Below are positions 37,905-47,635 of a stretch of DNA of 64,000 bases, one piece after another. Location: contig JAQYCV010000019.1 in the NCBI GenBank assembly GCA_028724525.1, positions 36,806-100,805 of the forward strand. The letters are read 5' to 3'. Positions within the stretch are counted from its first letter, which is position 1. Every line of letters begins with the position of its first letter. The translations under genes were made by a program, and so were the position numbers. Source of the stretch: Clostridiales bacterium (GTDB lineage Bacteria; Bacillota; Clostridia; Saccharofermentanales; DTU023). Below the pieces are notes generated by a model. The model saw only the letters and a program-made list of their open reading frames with translations. It ran no database searches and was not told the origin of the DNA.

Positions 37905-39428
37905 TTACTTGTCCCGCAGGGCTGCGCGGACTAGGGCCTTTTCATCCAAGGGAATCTTTTGTCCCTTGATCAGCTGGAAATCCTCATGTCCCTTGCCGCA
38001 GAGGGCCAGGCAGTCTCCTTCTTGCAGGTCATGAACAGCCAGGCGAATAGCTCTGGCCCGATCAGGCTCAACTGTAAAGTGGTGGAAGCTTGGGGAAAAA
38101 TAGCTGGCGATTTCTTCCGCAATGGCCAAGGGGTCCTCATAGTCCGGATTATCTGAAGTTACATAGACCCAGTCAGCATACTTTTCTCCAACCTCAGCCA
38201 ACTCCCGACGTCTTTCCTTGGACTTACCGCCCACGGAACCAATAAGAAGCAGAAGTCGGCGGGGATGGAGGGCCTTAAGGCTAGACAACAAATTTTCCAA
38301 GGACAGGCCATTATGGGCATAGTCTATGATGATGCTGGCACCCAGATCATTTGCCAGGCTCTCCAGACGGCCGGGGACATGCGCCTGACCTACCAGGCTA
38401 GCCGTCTGAGAGGGCGGGAAGCCTAAGATATCCAGAGCTGCTAGGGCAGCCATGCTGTTTTCCAGGAGAAAGTGAGCCCCAGGCCGCAGGGTCAAGCCTT
38501 GGCCCTCAAATTGGAAAGAGATCTCGTCCGCATTTTGCCGGACCTCCTGGGCCTGATAGACATGATCAGATGGCAGAATCTGGTCCTCCTGGCTGGAATA
38601 GTAATAGATACTGGGCATAGGGGGCAGAAGGCTAGTCTGGGCAAGCTCAGCCATGTAAGAGGCCTGGGAATCGTCGGCATTAATCAGAGCTTTTTTGCTC
38701 AGGGAGAATATCTTGGCTTTGGCCGCCCGATAATCCTCCCAAGATTCATGTTCTTTAGGACCTATATGGTCCCGACCCAGATTGAGAAAAATACCTAAGT
38801 CGAATTCAAGGCCATAGGCCCGATCCATAGCTAAACCTTGGGAAGATAGCTCCATGACGACCTGGCTAGCCCCCTGAGCAAGAGCCTGGGCCAGGTATTT
38901 ATGAATCAGGTAGGATTCCGGGGTGGTGTTAGGGGTAGACAGGACTTGGTCTTTAAAGACGATACCCGTCGTGCCAATTAAAAGGCAGGGCGCCCCCAAG
39001 GCATTAAGGCTCTGGCTGATAAGATGGGCTACAGACGTTTTGCCCTTAGTCCCTGTGATCCCCACAAGGGTCAGGTGTTTAGCCGGCTGGCCAAAGAAAC
39101 TGGCGGATGCCAGAGCCAGGGCTTGGCGCCCTGATCGGACCTGCAGATAGTTATAGGACTCGATCCCTTCCACAGCCATCAGCTCTGCCACCCGGTTTAG
39201 ACCTGCTTGGCCCACTAGTAGAAAGGCGCCGGCCTTCCAAGCCTGAGCCAGATAAATTGCTGCATCCTGGCTACGGCCCGCTAAAGCAAAAAAAGCCTGG
39301 CCCTTGGCCAAGTTGCGAGAATCATAGGCCAAATCCTGGACCTCACGGGAAAGGAGATCCGTCCTTCCCCAATGGGAGGCGATCTGGTCCTGTACGGGAA
39401 TACTAGCAATCAGTTCGTTAAAGGTCAT
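37905..39428 (-). CDS. murE: UDP-MurNAc-L-Ala-D-Glu-diamino acid ligase
   Basis: GITGTKGKTS, NTTPE, MELSSQ, NLGRDH, PGRLE, DYAHN, SDNPD, GKGHE. Confidence 0.92.
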   Translation of the reverse strand: MTFNELIASIPVQDQIASHWGRTDLLSREVQDLAYDSRNLAKGQAFFALAGRSQDAAIYLAQAWKAGAFLLVGQAGLNRVAELMAVEGIESYNYLQVRSGRQALALASASFFGQPAKHLTLVGITGTKGKTSVAHLISQSLNALGAPCLLIGTTGIVFKDQVLSTPNTTPESYLIHKYLAQALAQGASQVVMELSSQGLAMDRAYGLEFDLGIFLNLGRDHIGPKEHESWEDYRAAKAKIFSLSKKALINADDSQASYMAELAQTSLLPPMPSIYYYSSQEDQILPSDHVYQAQEVRQNADEISFQFEGQGLTLRPGAHFLLENSMAALAALDILGFPPSQTASLVGQAHVPGRLESLANDLGASIIIDYAHNGLSLENLLSSLKALHPRRLLLLIGSVGGKSKERRRELAEVGEKYADWVYVTSDNPDYEDPLAIAEEIASYFSPSFHHFTVEPDRARAIRLAVHDLQEGDCLALCGKGHEDFQLIKGQKIPLDEKALVRAALRDK

Positions 39429-39469
39429 AGGCCGTCCATCATCTTTTTTATTACTAGCCCTAGTATGCG

Positions 39470-40363
39470 CTAATCTGCCCCCTTGTACCAGTCAGCTTCC
39501 AACAGATAGAAGAAAATAGCCAAGGCTAAGAGGTCAGCCGACCCTCCAGGGGAAAGATTTTTGCCTATCATGGCCTGGTCAAAAGCGTCTAGATCTGGGT
39601 AAAGAGCACTTAGAGGCAAAGGGAAAGACGTTTGAAGATGAAAGCGATCCAAGATAGACTGGGCCTCTGCCTGGACCCAGGCTAAAGCCTGGTCCCCTCC
39701 CCTTCTTAGGATATTGCTGTCAACGTTTTGCGCCATTATGGCAACCAAGGCAAGAAGCATGGCCTCTTGCAAATCACTGTTCGTCCCCCAGGCACGCAAG
39801 ATGACCAGGCCCGGGTCTAGGGCCAGCCTATAGCCTTGAGCGGCCGCCAGGCGGGCACCTCCCGCTTTTCCCCGGCCGGAAGTCTTCTGCCAGTCCCTAT
39901 AAACGGGGCCGGCCAGCTGGCTCACGAGCTGGCAGATAGCCTCTGGCTTGGGCTGTAACTCCTTCTGCCCATAAAGATAGGCGGCTACAGGCAAAATTAA
40001 GGCCCAGGCGAAATTGAGGCCAGCATGGCAGTTAACGCCTTTATTGGCCGCAAGCGAGGCCACTTCCCCGGCCAGGCCAAGTTTTTGTAGGCAGGAAAAA
40101 ATTTGCCTGCCAGCAGAGGACGAAAGCCTGTGGCCCTGGCTTCCTAGCCCCTCTGCGATCAGAGGACCTGCCTGGGCATAGGCCAGAAGATGTGGCTCCA
40201 TAGCCCTGATAGACCGCATAAAAGAGGCCTGATCCATATCCTGGTGGGAACCAGTATTAAAGGGGTCAACTAGGCCTGGCTTGGGACCACAAGTCACCTC
40301 TAAGGTCATAGCCTGGAGGGCCAATTCCACCAGATATTCGGGAAAGGAAGTCGCCTGAGCCAT
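39470..40363 (-). CDS. citG: Triphosphoribosyl-dephospho-CoA synthase
   Basis: EV...PKPGLVD..N.GSH.DMD, GVN, D.NI..RGG, NLSPGGSADLL. Confidence 0.9.
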   Translation of the reverse strand: MAQATSFPEYLVELALQAMTLEVTCGPKPGLVDPFNTGSHQDMDQASFMRSIRAMEPHLLAYAQAGPLIAEGLGSQGHRLSSSAGRQIFSCLQKLGLAGEVASLAANKGVNCHAGLNFAWALILPVAAYLYGQKELQPKPEAICQLVSQLAGPVYRDWQKTSGRGKAGGARLAAAQGYRLALDPGLVILRAWGTNSDLQEAMLLALVAIMAQNVDSNILRRGGDQALAWVQAEAQSILDRFHLQTSFPLPLSALYPDLDAFDQAMIGKNLSPGGSADLLALAIFFYLLEADWYKGAD

Positions 40364-40378
40364 CCGTCAAGTAAGCAG

Positions 40379-41296
40379 CTAAATGCTATTCATATCGACC
40401 AGCTCCATATTGAGATCAAAGCCCACGATACCAACGAGCATGTACTGGCCGGTCAGGGTATCCTGGAGCAGTTGCGGATGGAGGCGGAATTTACTGATTT
40501 TCGAGGTGTTGTCTACATGCATGCGAGGAGCAGTACAGTAATGGGTAATATCCCCTATCTGGACGTGATTGTCATCCAGAAAGGAGACATCCAGGTGGGC
40601 ATCAATCAAGGCATTGATTTCTTGCTCCAACTGTGGGATATCTAGGTCGGGTTTTTCGTTAAAAGCAAGGATGAAACCATGGCGGACATCCCCGTGGGTA
40701 TAGCGATGGATATTGTGTTTTGCCAAGCAATATTCGCAGAGATCTTCTGTCGTATGGGCCATCTTGCGGTAAATAATAGATTCATAAACGATTTGAGAAA
40801 TATCTTCCGGCTCAGGACCAAAATAGGAAGGCCGGGTGACAATAATCTCCTCCCCAACCCCGATTAGGAGGTCGGCATTGCGGCCCAAGCTGTCATAAAT
40901 TAAGTCAAAATGTTCTACAATGACCCGCTTGCCATTCTGCATGGCATTGCGAATAGCATCTGCCAGCTCATGCAACTGGTAAAAACCCAACTCAAAGCGG
41001 ACATCCAAATGATAGGTATGGGGTTTAAAAAAGCCCTCATCCTCTAAGTCCATGATGGGCAGGGGCCGGACATTGACACCCTCATCATCGTTGGTGAGTT
41101 CCAGGCCAGGAAACATCCCTTTAATCAGGGCAGATTTGCCAGAACCAGCTTCGCCGATCACCCCAATTATTTTGTCAAAGGGAGATAAATACAACTGAGC
41201 GATCTGGGCTCCCATATCGGCCATACGGAGACGGCCGCGCGGTGCCAGGAGGACGCTGTAAAGTTGATTTTTCTGCATACGGGCTGAATAGGACAT
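40379..41296 (-). CDS. Uncharacterised P-loop protein with C-terminal AlaRS/ThrRS second-additional (editing-like) domain
   Basis: GEAGSGKS Walker A, VIVEH; C-terminal RKMAHTTEDLC and HYCTAPRMHV.NT..I..F; AAAGGAG RBS. Confidence 0.75.
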   Translation of the reverse strand: MSYSARMQKNQLYSVLLAPRGRLRMADMGAQIAQLYLSPFDKIIGVIGEAGSGKSALIKGMFPGLELTNDDEGVNVRPLPIMDLEDEGFFKPHTYHLDVRFELGFYQLHELADAIRNAMQNGKRVIVEHFDLIYDSLGRNADLLIGVGEEIIVTRPSYFGPEPEDISQIVYESIIYRKMAHTTEDLCEYCLAKHNIHRYTHGDVRHGFILAFNEKPDLDIPQLEQEINALIDAHLDVSFLDDNHVQIGDITHYCTAPRMHVDNTSKISKFRLHPQLLQDTLTGQYMLVGIVGFDLNMELVDMNSI

Positions 41297-41352
41297 AGGG
41301 GCTCCTTTCCGGCTTTTCGGCGGATGAAAAGCTAGGCCGTGGGTTTAGCCTT

Positions 41353-41380
41353 ATTATACTTGCCCTGGCGGCTAAGACAA
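41353..41380 (-). promoter_or_regulatory. Candidate sigma-A promoter for the P-loop/citG unit
   Basis: Minus strand TTGTCT-N16-TATAAT, overlapping the tail of the mal terminator. Confidence 0.45.
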
Positions 41381-41427
41381 AAGAAAAAGAGGCGCCCCTG
41401 ACACCGGAGTGTTGTGAGGCGCCCCCT
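41378..41427 (-). terminator. Intrinsic terminator after mal
   Basis: Minus strand GGGGCGCCTC...GGGGCGCCTC-TTTTTCTTTT GC-rich hairpin with T-tract. Confidence 0.75.
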
Positions 41428-41454
41428 TAGGCTTATAAACTAGGGGCTAGATCC

Positions 41455-42699
41455 CTATTGCTGGGCTTTCTCATAGGCCAGGATACGGGCCATTTCGTTA
41501 TAGACGATCATGTAGCCTTCATCCACACCCATACCAGGCTTAGCCAGGACTTGCTCAGGCTGGGTAGCCATGGCTGCCTGGACACACACCTGGGCAGACC
41601 GGTCTGTTTCATTGCAGGTACCACCCTGGTAGGCATGCATGTCGTGGGTCTTACAGTAGAGAACGGCCTCGATGGTGTTGTTGATGCCACCCAGGTCTGG
41701 GGTCTTGATCTGGACCATATTGCCTGCTTTAGCATCCGTGAATTCCTTGATATCTTCCAAGGTATTGCACCATTCATCTGCGACGAGCTGGACCTGGCAG
41801 CCTTGTTTTTCTAATTCCTGACGGAGGCCAGCCAGGCAGCGGATTTGCTCTGACTTAGAACCGGCATCCATGGGGCCTTCGATCCGAAGTTGGAAGGGGG
41901 CAGCAGCTTCTTCCAGCGTTTTGAGATAGGCAGCCATCTCAGCAAAATTATCGTTGCCAAAAGCCTCTCCAATCGTGCCATAGACATCAATATGGAAGAT
42001 GGGGCTGTAAGCAGGATCCTGCCGCATTTCCATCACGCGATTACGGAGCCACTTAACATATTCTAGGAGCTTTTCGCCTTTACGACCCAGCTTTTCCTCG
42101 ACATTATTAATAAGGGCATGGGGTAGAACTTGAGCCTGCTTGATGATCATTTTTTCAGCATTCTCATAGCGGTTGTCACCAGACTGTGTGAAGATGGGTA
42201 GCATCTCCTGGGCAGGCTCACAATGATATTCGTCTGCGACGACCTGATACATCATTTTCTTTTGCGCCTTGGCGACGGCATCCAAGAGGGCTTGGGTCAA
42301 ACCATAACGCAAGGCAGTATGCAGGCGTTTGCCATCAATCTCCATATGGTCGAACTCTTCAGCCAGAGCTCTAAAAGAATCCAAGTCGCGGCCGACCAGT
42401 TTTGGAGCGATATGCTTCTCCACCAGGGGAATATATTCTTCAGCCAAGAAGAGGGGATCACGTCCGCCGGCGCCAGAATACTGGACTGCGGCACAGTCGC
42501 CCCAAGCGATTTGACCATCTTCCAGGACAAGCATCAGGGACAGGGATTCACCCGGTTGACGAATGCTTGTAAAGCCTGGCGTCTTGGGCTCACCCACGTA
42601 GTTGAAACCATCATGGCCAGCGCCAGACTTGATGGCCTTCTGGTCATCAAAGTAGAAACCGGTTTTGCCGGCAGAGCAGATAACTTTTTGGATTTTCAT
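41455..42699 (-). CDS. mal: Methylaspartate ammonia-lyase
   Basis: GFYFDDQKAI, GDCAAVQYSGAGGRDPLF, HIDVYG, LRIEGP, VADEWCN, QIKTPDLGG, GGTCNET. Confidence 0.97.
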   Translation of the reverse strand: MKIQKVICSAGKTGFYFDDQKAIKSGAGHDGFNYVGEPKTPGFTSIRQPGESLSLMLVLEDGQIAWGDCAAVQYSGAGGRDPLFLAEEYIPLVEKHIAPKLVGRDLDSFRALAEEFDHMEIDGKRLHTALRYGLTQALLDAVAKAQKKMMYQVVADEYHCEPAQEMLPIFTQSGDNRYENAEKMIIKQAQVLPHALINNVEEKLGRKGEKLLEYVKWLRNRVMEMRQDPAYSPIFHIDVYGTIGEAFGNDNFAEMAAYLKTLEEAAAPFQLRIEGPMDAGSKSEQIRCLAGLRQELEKQGCQVQLVADEWCNTLEDIKEFTDAKAGNMVQIKTPDLGGINNTIEAVLYCKTHDMHAYQGGTCNETDRSAQVCVQAAMATQPEQVLAKPGMGVDEGYMIVYNEMARILAYEKAQQ

Positions 42700-42739
42700 A
42701 TTTGCCTCCGAGATTTTCTCTCAAAAATTAGCTTGTTAA

Positions 42740-44188
42740 TTAGGGACGACCTACTAGACGGCCCTTGGAAATAGCATAGACATCATCGATCACCATCTGG
42801 AAAGAAGCTTCGCGACCTTCAGCCTTAGCCCGTTCTTCCAGCTTGGCTCGGTGGAAGTCTTTGAGTTCCTGCGGGAAGGGCAGGTTGCCCATAGCAAAGA
42901 CCCGAACCGCCCCATCATTGTCACGGGCCGGTAGCATCTTGCCTGCATTATAACGGCAGGGGGCGAAAGGAATATCAATAACACCGGCTTCTACGCCTCG
43001 AATCGCTCCTTGGGCGATATCCCCCTCACCTAGTTCGATACACTTATCTAGGACACAGCGGGTCTCTCGCATGATGATATCCTTTTCCTGGGCCAGAGCA
43101 TGCTCTTCGAGGGATTGGTCGTTGAGCATGGAGATCACTTGTTTAGTGCAGCGGAGGCCAGCGGCGTTTGCTTCTTTGGTAGGCACCCCAATGGCCTCAT
43201 GAGGAGTTTTAACAATGACCTTGGTAGCACCCGACAGACCCGCAACTACAGAACCCCAAGAAATAACGGCAAAGGCCTTGGCCTCATCTTGGGGGAAACC
43301 GCCCATCCACTGGTGGAGAACGGTAGTGACTTTGACCTCATCATGGCCAAAACGATGGAGATATTCATCCGTCAAAGTCTCCAGAGTTTTAAGGGCTGCT
43401 ACGTCCTGAATCAGGTTTCCGCATTGGCCATAGCCCACAGTAATATCGCGGACACCCTGCTCTGCAGCCAGCAGAGCTTCAATCACGGCAACAGAGTGGG
43501 AAACAAATGGAGGAACCAAGGTTCCGGTCAAGGGGCCATAGGGTTCGCGGTTAATGGATATACCATTTTCTTCATAAAGGCCCGTGAGGCGGTCAACATA
43601 CTGCCAGTCACGAATGGTCCTTTCCATAGGAACGTTTTTCGCATAGGGCAGGTTGTAGGAGATTCCCCCACCTTCGTAGGAGGTAAAGCCACCCGCATAG
43701 GCGATTTCTGTTAAGAGCCGGGCATCCGGAGTCCCATGGCGAACCTGGAGAGGAACACCTACGGATTCGCAAACCTGGCGGCAACCAGCCACCCCATGGT
43801 TGACTGCGGGGAAGCCGTTGAGCATGGATTTGCCGGTTTTGATGGATTCTTCAATGCCTACCTCGGCCTCTTTATAGCGGTTTTGCCTAGTATAGGAGTC
43901 AATAGTGGTGGGCAGGAGGTCTGCCTCCCCTTCCTTTTCTAGGTATTGCAAAAGCTCAATATGCTTATCGATCAGGGCGACACCAGCCCGGGGCTGGATC
44001 AAGGTCCGACCTTCAGCCTTGGCCTTGGCTAACTTTTTAGAAAAGACTTTTTCTGCAGGAATCGCCTGGTGGTATCTATAAGATTCTTCCAAGTCGACAT
44101 CCTTGCCGGTGGGCCATTGGGCGAGGACCTCCTCCCGGAGGGCTCGGAATTCTTTATCAGGTATTTTAACATTACGGATTTCGCTCAT
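42740..44188 (-). CDS. glmE: Glutamate (methylaspartate) mutase large subunit E
   Basis: [54 protein letters not shown]. Confidence 0.97.
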   Translation of the reverse strand: MSEIRNVKIPDKEFRALREEVLAQWPTGKDVDLEESYRYHQAIPAEKVFSKKLAKAKAEGRTLIQPRAGVALIDKHIELLQYLEKEGEADLLPTTIDSYTRQNRYKEAEVGIEESIKTGKSMLNGFPAVNHGVAGCRQVCESVGVPLQVRHGTPDARLLTEIAYAGGFTSYEGGGISYNLPYAKNVPMERTIRDWQYVDRLTGLYEENGISINREPYGPLTGTLVPPFVSHSVAVIEALLAAEQGVRDITVGYGQCGNLIQDVAALKTLETLTDEYLHRFGHDEVKVTTVLHQWMGGFPQDEAKAFAVISWGSVVAGLSGATKVIVKTPHEAIGVPTKEANAAGLRCTKQVISMLNDQSLEEHALAQEKDIIMRETRCVLDKCIELGEGDIAQGAIRGVEAGVIDIPFAPCRYNAGKMLPARDNDGAVRVFAMGNLPFPQELKDFHRAKLEERAKAEGREASFQMVIDDVYAISKGRLVGRP

Positions 44189-45567
44189 TGCTCAACTAAC
44201 TCCTTTTTCATAATTCTGAGGGCTAGACTTGGGTCATCTTGGCAAAGCACCCCCATGGCAGAGAGGATATATTTTTGATCTAAAAGGACTTTAAAGTCCT
44301 TAGGACGCAGAGAAGTAGGATTTGCAGGATCCCAAGCAGCATAGGATGCGAGCTTCTTCAACTCGTGGCTATGGATCACGGCCCCCCCTGTTAGGACCAG
44401 GATATCGACAGATCTGAGGTCTTTGCCTGTTTGAGCAAAAGCCCGTCCCATAGGGGTATAGACTTCTTCAATGGATCCACAGTGCCGACCCACAGCCACA
44501 TCAATAGCAGTGCCTACGAGGGCATCATCCAATTGGCGCAATTCCTCTGTAGCAGGCACCCGGTCTGTATGCTGGGCCAAGTCATCGCAGAGGGCTTGGA
44601 CTTTGTCAGGAGCCAGCTGGGCTCTTTCTGCCACCAGGTTTAGGCCCTTGGCTTCTAAGATACCGTGCAGGCTGTAGCGCATACCAATATCGCCTTCCAC
44701 CGTGCGTTTAGCATAAGGCTCAGGCAAGCCCTTCATGACCGTCGTCATATCTTCAGGCAGGCCATAGGCCATGGAGTAGACATCCGTAGTAGCTCCACCT
44801 GGATCCACAGCAATGAGGTCACCAAGACCCGCTTCCTCCTCGGTACCCTGGGCTAAGACCTTCATGGCCGCTAGCATGGCCGCAGGAGTAGGCAGGAGGA
44901 TGTTATGGATCATGCCTTCTATGCGGGATAAGCCCTTGGCCTCAACAATTTTTGCCAAGAAAACCTGGCGGATGGCCTCTTGGGCCTCTGCAATATTCAG
45001 TTCCCCCAAGCGGGGCATAACATTAGCGACAATGTGGAAGTCAAGCCCTGCCTCTGTAAAAATCTTCCGAATCTTGCGATTGGCAGACCGGTTGCCTGCC
45101 ACAATAATGGGCTGGTTGAAGCGGATATCTGCCAAAGCTTGGGCATTTTCTAATATGCAGGCTTGGTTTCCCCCATCCGTTCCCCCAGTCAAGAGGAAAA
45201 TATCGGGTTTAAGTTCGGAGATAAGGTCAAGGTCTTCATCCGTGAGTTCATGATCAAAGACCTTTATCACCTTAGCGCCTGCACCCAAAGCGGCCATTTT
45301 TGCAGCTTCCGCTGTAAGCTCCGGCATGAGGCCGGAAACTAACATACGAAGGCCACCTGCGGCCGAAGAACAGGCCTTATGGGTAATAATCTCTATAGGG
45401 CCAATCTGACTTTCCAGCTTGCCAAGGGCTTGCTGGAAGCCTTCAAAAATATCCGTTTGGATGGTGGTAAAAGCTGCAGCGGTACCAAGTATTTCCGCAT
45501 GCTCAGGATCTACAGCACATAACTTGGTAAAGGTGGAGCCAAAGTCGCTCAGGAGCAGGGCTTTCAT
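44185..45567 (-). CDS. glmL: Glutamate mutase accessory/reactivating protein GlmL (MutL)
   Basis: [44 protein letters not shown]; lies between S and E subunits. Confidence 0.95.
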   Translation of the reverse strand: MKALLLSDFGSTFTKLCAVDPEHAEILGTAAAFTTIQTDIFEGFQQALGKLESQIGPIEIITHKACSSAAGGLRMLVSGLMPELTAEAAKMAALGAGAKVIKVFDHELTDEDLDLISELKPDIFLLTGGTDGGNQACILENAQALADIRFNQPIIVAGNRSANRKIRKIFTEAGLDFHIVANVMPRLGELNIAEAQEAIRQVFLAKIVEAKGLSRIEGMIHNILLPTPAAMLAAMKVLAQGTEEEAGLGDLIAVDPGGATTDVYSMAYGLPEDMTTVMKGLPEPYAKRTVEGDIGMRYSLHGILEAKGLNLVAERAQLAPDKVQALCDDLAQHTDRVPATEELRQLDDALVGTAIDVAVGRHCGSIEEVYTPMGRAFAQTGKDLRSVDILVLTGGAVIHSHELKKLASYAAWDPANPTSLRPKDFKVLLDQKYILSAMGVLCQDDPSLALRIMKKELVEQ

Positions 45568-45641
45568 GCTGCATGACCTCCCCTCGTATAGACAGACCCG
45601 TATGGCCCAGCCGTCATCTTATACACTTGCATCTTCAGGCC

Positions 45642-46091
45642 CTAGGCTTTGGCCCCATGATCTTGGGAGCCGTCTTCAAGACCTAAATCGTGTTTCAGCC
45701 ATTTGATAGTTTCTTCCGGTGTCGTTCCCGGTGGGAAGACCCGGTTGAAGCCCATGGCATGGAAACGCTTTTCGACATTCTCAAAATTCTGTTTACCGAC
45801 GACTATGTTGCCGCCAACAAAGAGCAGAATATTATCCAAACCTGCTTCATCACATTTGGCCCTCAGACCCCGGCAGTCTAACTCACCATGGCCATAAAGA
45901 GAGGAAACGACAATCGCATCAGCAGCGGTTTCTACGGCCGCCGCTATGAATTCTTCCTGGGACACCATAACGCCTAGGTTAGTGACTTCAAAGCCCGCCT
46001 CATTAAAGGCAAAGTCTAGAATACGGATGCCCACGGCGTGAACATCAGCTCCGATGACCCCAATCACTAGTTTCTTACCGTTCTTTTCCAT
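45642..46091 (-). CDS. glmS: Glutamate mutase small B12-binding subunit S
   Basis: DVHAVG (DxHxxG), SSLYGHG, VGGN; start 46091 or 46097. Confidence 0.96.
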   Translation of the reverse strand: MEKNGKKLVIGVIGADVHAVGIRILDFAFNEAGFEVTNLGVMVSQEEFIAAAVETAADAIVVSSLYGHGELDCRGLRAKCDEAGLDNILLFVGGNIVVGKQNFENVEKRFHAMGFNRVFPPGTTPEETIKWLKHDLGLEDGSQDHGAKA

Positions 46092-46117
46092 ATGCATTTC
46101 CTTTCAGGCAAAAGCGC

Positions 46118-46681
46118 TTATGCGTAGCCATGTTCAGCCCGCCAGGCAGCTGGGCCACTTTCGTATAGATTGTGACCTTGGCTATCGATCACGACAAGTA
46201 GAGGCATGCTTTCAACCTGAAGCTTGCGGACAGCTTCCGCACCCAGGTCTTCATAGGCGATGACTTCAGCGCTTTTAACACAACCAGCCAGGAGCGCCCC
46301 AGCGCCACCAACTGCTGCCAAATAAACCGCACCATGATCCTGCATGGCCTGAATGACTTCGGGGCTACGCTTACCCTTCCCGATCATGGCCCTTTGTCCT
46401 AAGGCCAAGAGGCGGGGAGAAAAAGCATCCATGCGGTAAGAGCTCGTAGGTCCACAGGCTCCAATCACTTGGCCCGGTGCCGCAGGAGAAGGTCCTACAA
46501 AAAAGATGACAGAACCTTCCACAGGGAAAGGCAGGTCTTCTCCCCTGTCTAAGGCTTCCACAAAACGCTTGTGGGCCGCGTCCCGGCCGGTATAAATCGT
46601 ACCAGACAGATAAACCCGATCACCCACACGTAGTTTTTTACTATCTTCAAGGCTCATGGGAGCAGTTAAGTGATATTCCAT
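46118..46681 (-). CDS. Class I Fe-S fumarate hydratase beta subunit (probable mesaconase)
   Basis: LSGTIYTGRDAAHKR, GPTSSYRM, IGKG, LGAEA; ATG overlaps alpha-subunit stop. Confidence 0.92.
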   Translation of the reverse strand: MEYHLTAPMSLEDSKKLRVGDRVYLSGTIYTGRDAAHKRFVEALDRGEDLPFPVEGSVIFFVGPSPAAPGQVIGACGPTSSYRMDAFSPRLLALGQRAMIGKGKRSPEVIQAMQDHGAVYLAAVGGAGALLAGCVKSAEVIAYEDLGAEAVRKLQVESMPLLVVIDSQGHNLYESGPAAWRAEHGYA

Positions 46682-47520
46682 TAGAGCACCTCCGTCATAT
46701 GGCGGGTGGCATGACAATTGATATTGACGGCCACAGGCAAGCCTGCAATATGGGTGGGCAGGGCCTCGACATGCACAGCTAAGGCCGTAGACCGGCCGCC
46801 GTAGCCTTGAGCGCCTACGCCAGTTTGAGCAATCAGGTCGTAAAGCTCATTCTCCAAGTCTGCATAGTAAGGATCAGGATTGTGGGTTCCCGTCTCCCTT
46901 AAGAGAGACAGCTTTGCAGCCAGGGCGACCTTATCAAAGTTACCGCCAATGCCCACACCTACGACAATTGGAGGGCAAGGATTGGGGCCTGCGATTTTAA
47001 CCGTTTCCACGACAAAGTCCTTAACACCCTCTACGCCATCACCAGGCCGTAGCATTTTTAGTCGGCCCATATTCTCTGAACCAAACCCCTTGGGCGCAAC
47101 CGTGATTTTGATCTGGTCCCCAGGTACCCGGAAGAGATAGAGGGCCGCAGGCGTGTTATCTCCCGTGTTCACCCGCCGCAGAGGATCAGACACGATGGAT
47201 TTGCGCAGATAGCCCTCAGTATAGCCTTGGCGTACGCCCTCATTGACCGCGGCTTGCAAGTCGCCCTGGAGGAAGACTTCTTCGCCCAGCCAAATAAAGA
47301 CAAGAGCCATACCCGTATCTTGACAGATCGGCATTTGACTCTCTTCCGCAAGCTGGTAATTGTGGATAATATCTTCCAAGGCTGAAAGGGCAGCCGGGGA
47401 ATCCTCTTCTTCTTTCAAGGCCTGGAGCCGGACGCGTACGTCCTCAGGCAAAACGCGGTTGCAGGCAATGCACATGCGTTTAATAGGGCCAATCAGGTCT
47501 TTGGCCTGATACGTTCTCAT
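46681..47520 (-). CDS. Class I Fe-S fumarate hydratase alpha subunit (probable mesaconase)
   Basis: PICQDTG, NTGDNTPA, KGFGSEN, NPCPP, GIGG, NINCH..R. Confidence 0.93.
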   Translation of the reverse strand: MRTYQAKDLIGPIKRMCIACNRVLPEDVRVRLQALKEEEDSPAALSALEDIIHNYQLAEESQMPICQDTGMALVFIWLGEEVFLQGDLQAAVNEGVRQGYTEGYLRKSIVSDPLRRVNTGDNTPAALYLFRVPGDQIKITVAPKGFGSENMGRLKMLRPGDGVEGVKDFVVETVKIAGPNPCPPIVVGVGIGGNFDKVALAAKLSLLRETGTHNPDPYYADLENELYDLIAQTGVGAQGYGGRSTALAVHVEALPTHIAGLPVAVNINCHATRHMTEVL

Positions 47521-47635
47521 TGCAAAATCCTCCTCATATCTATTTGTTAGAATACTAAATTATATGCTGTATGACAATTAAAAGACCCTTGCTAGGCCTT
47601 TTCTCACGCGAAAGCACCTGGCAATTAGTTCCAGA

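Noticed and set aside
41458-46263. Long antisense ORFs over mal/glmE/glmL (up to 204 aa) and similar shadow ORFs elsewhere
   Set aside because: They lie opposite strongly conserved genes and lack RBS or motifs; expected from codon bias
47521-47635. Cobalamin riboswitch ahead of the glutamate mutase operon
   Set aside because: Gap is ~115 bp with no B12-box or GGGAA...GCCACTG motifs
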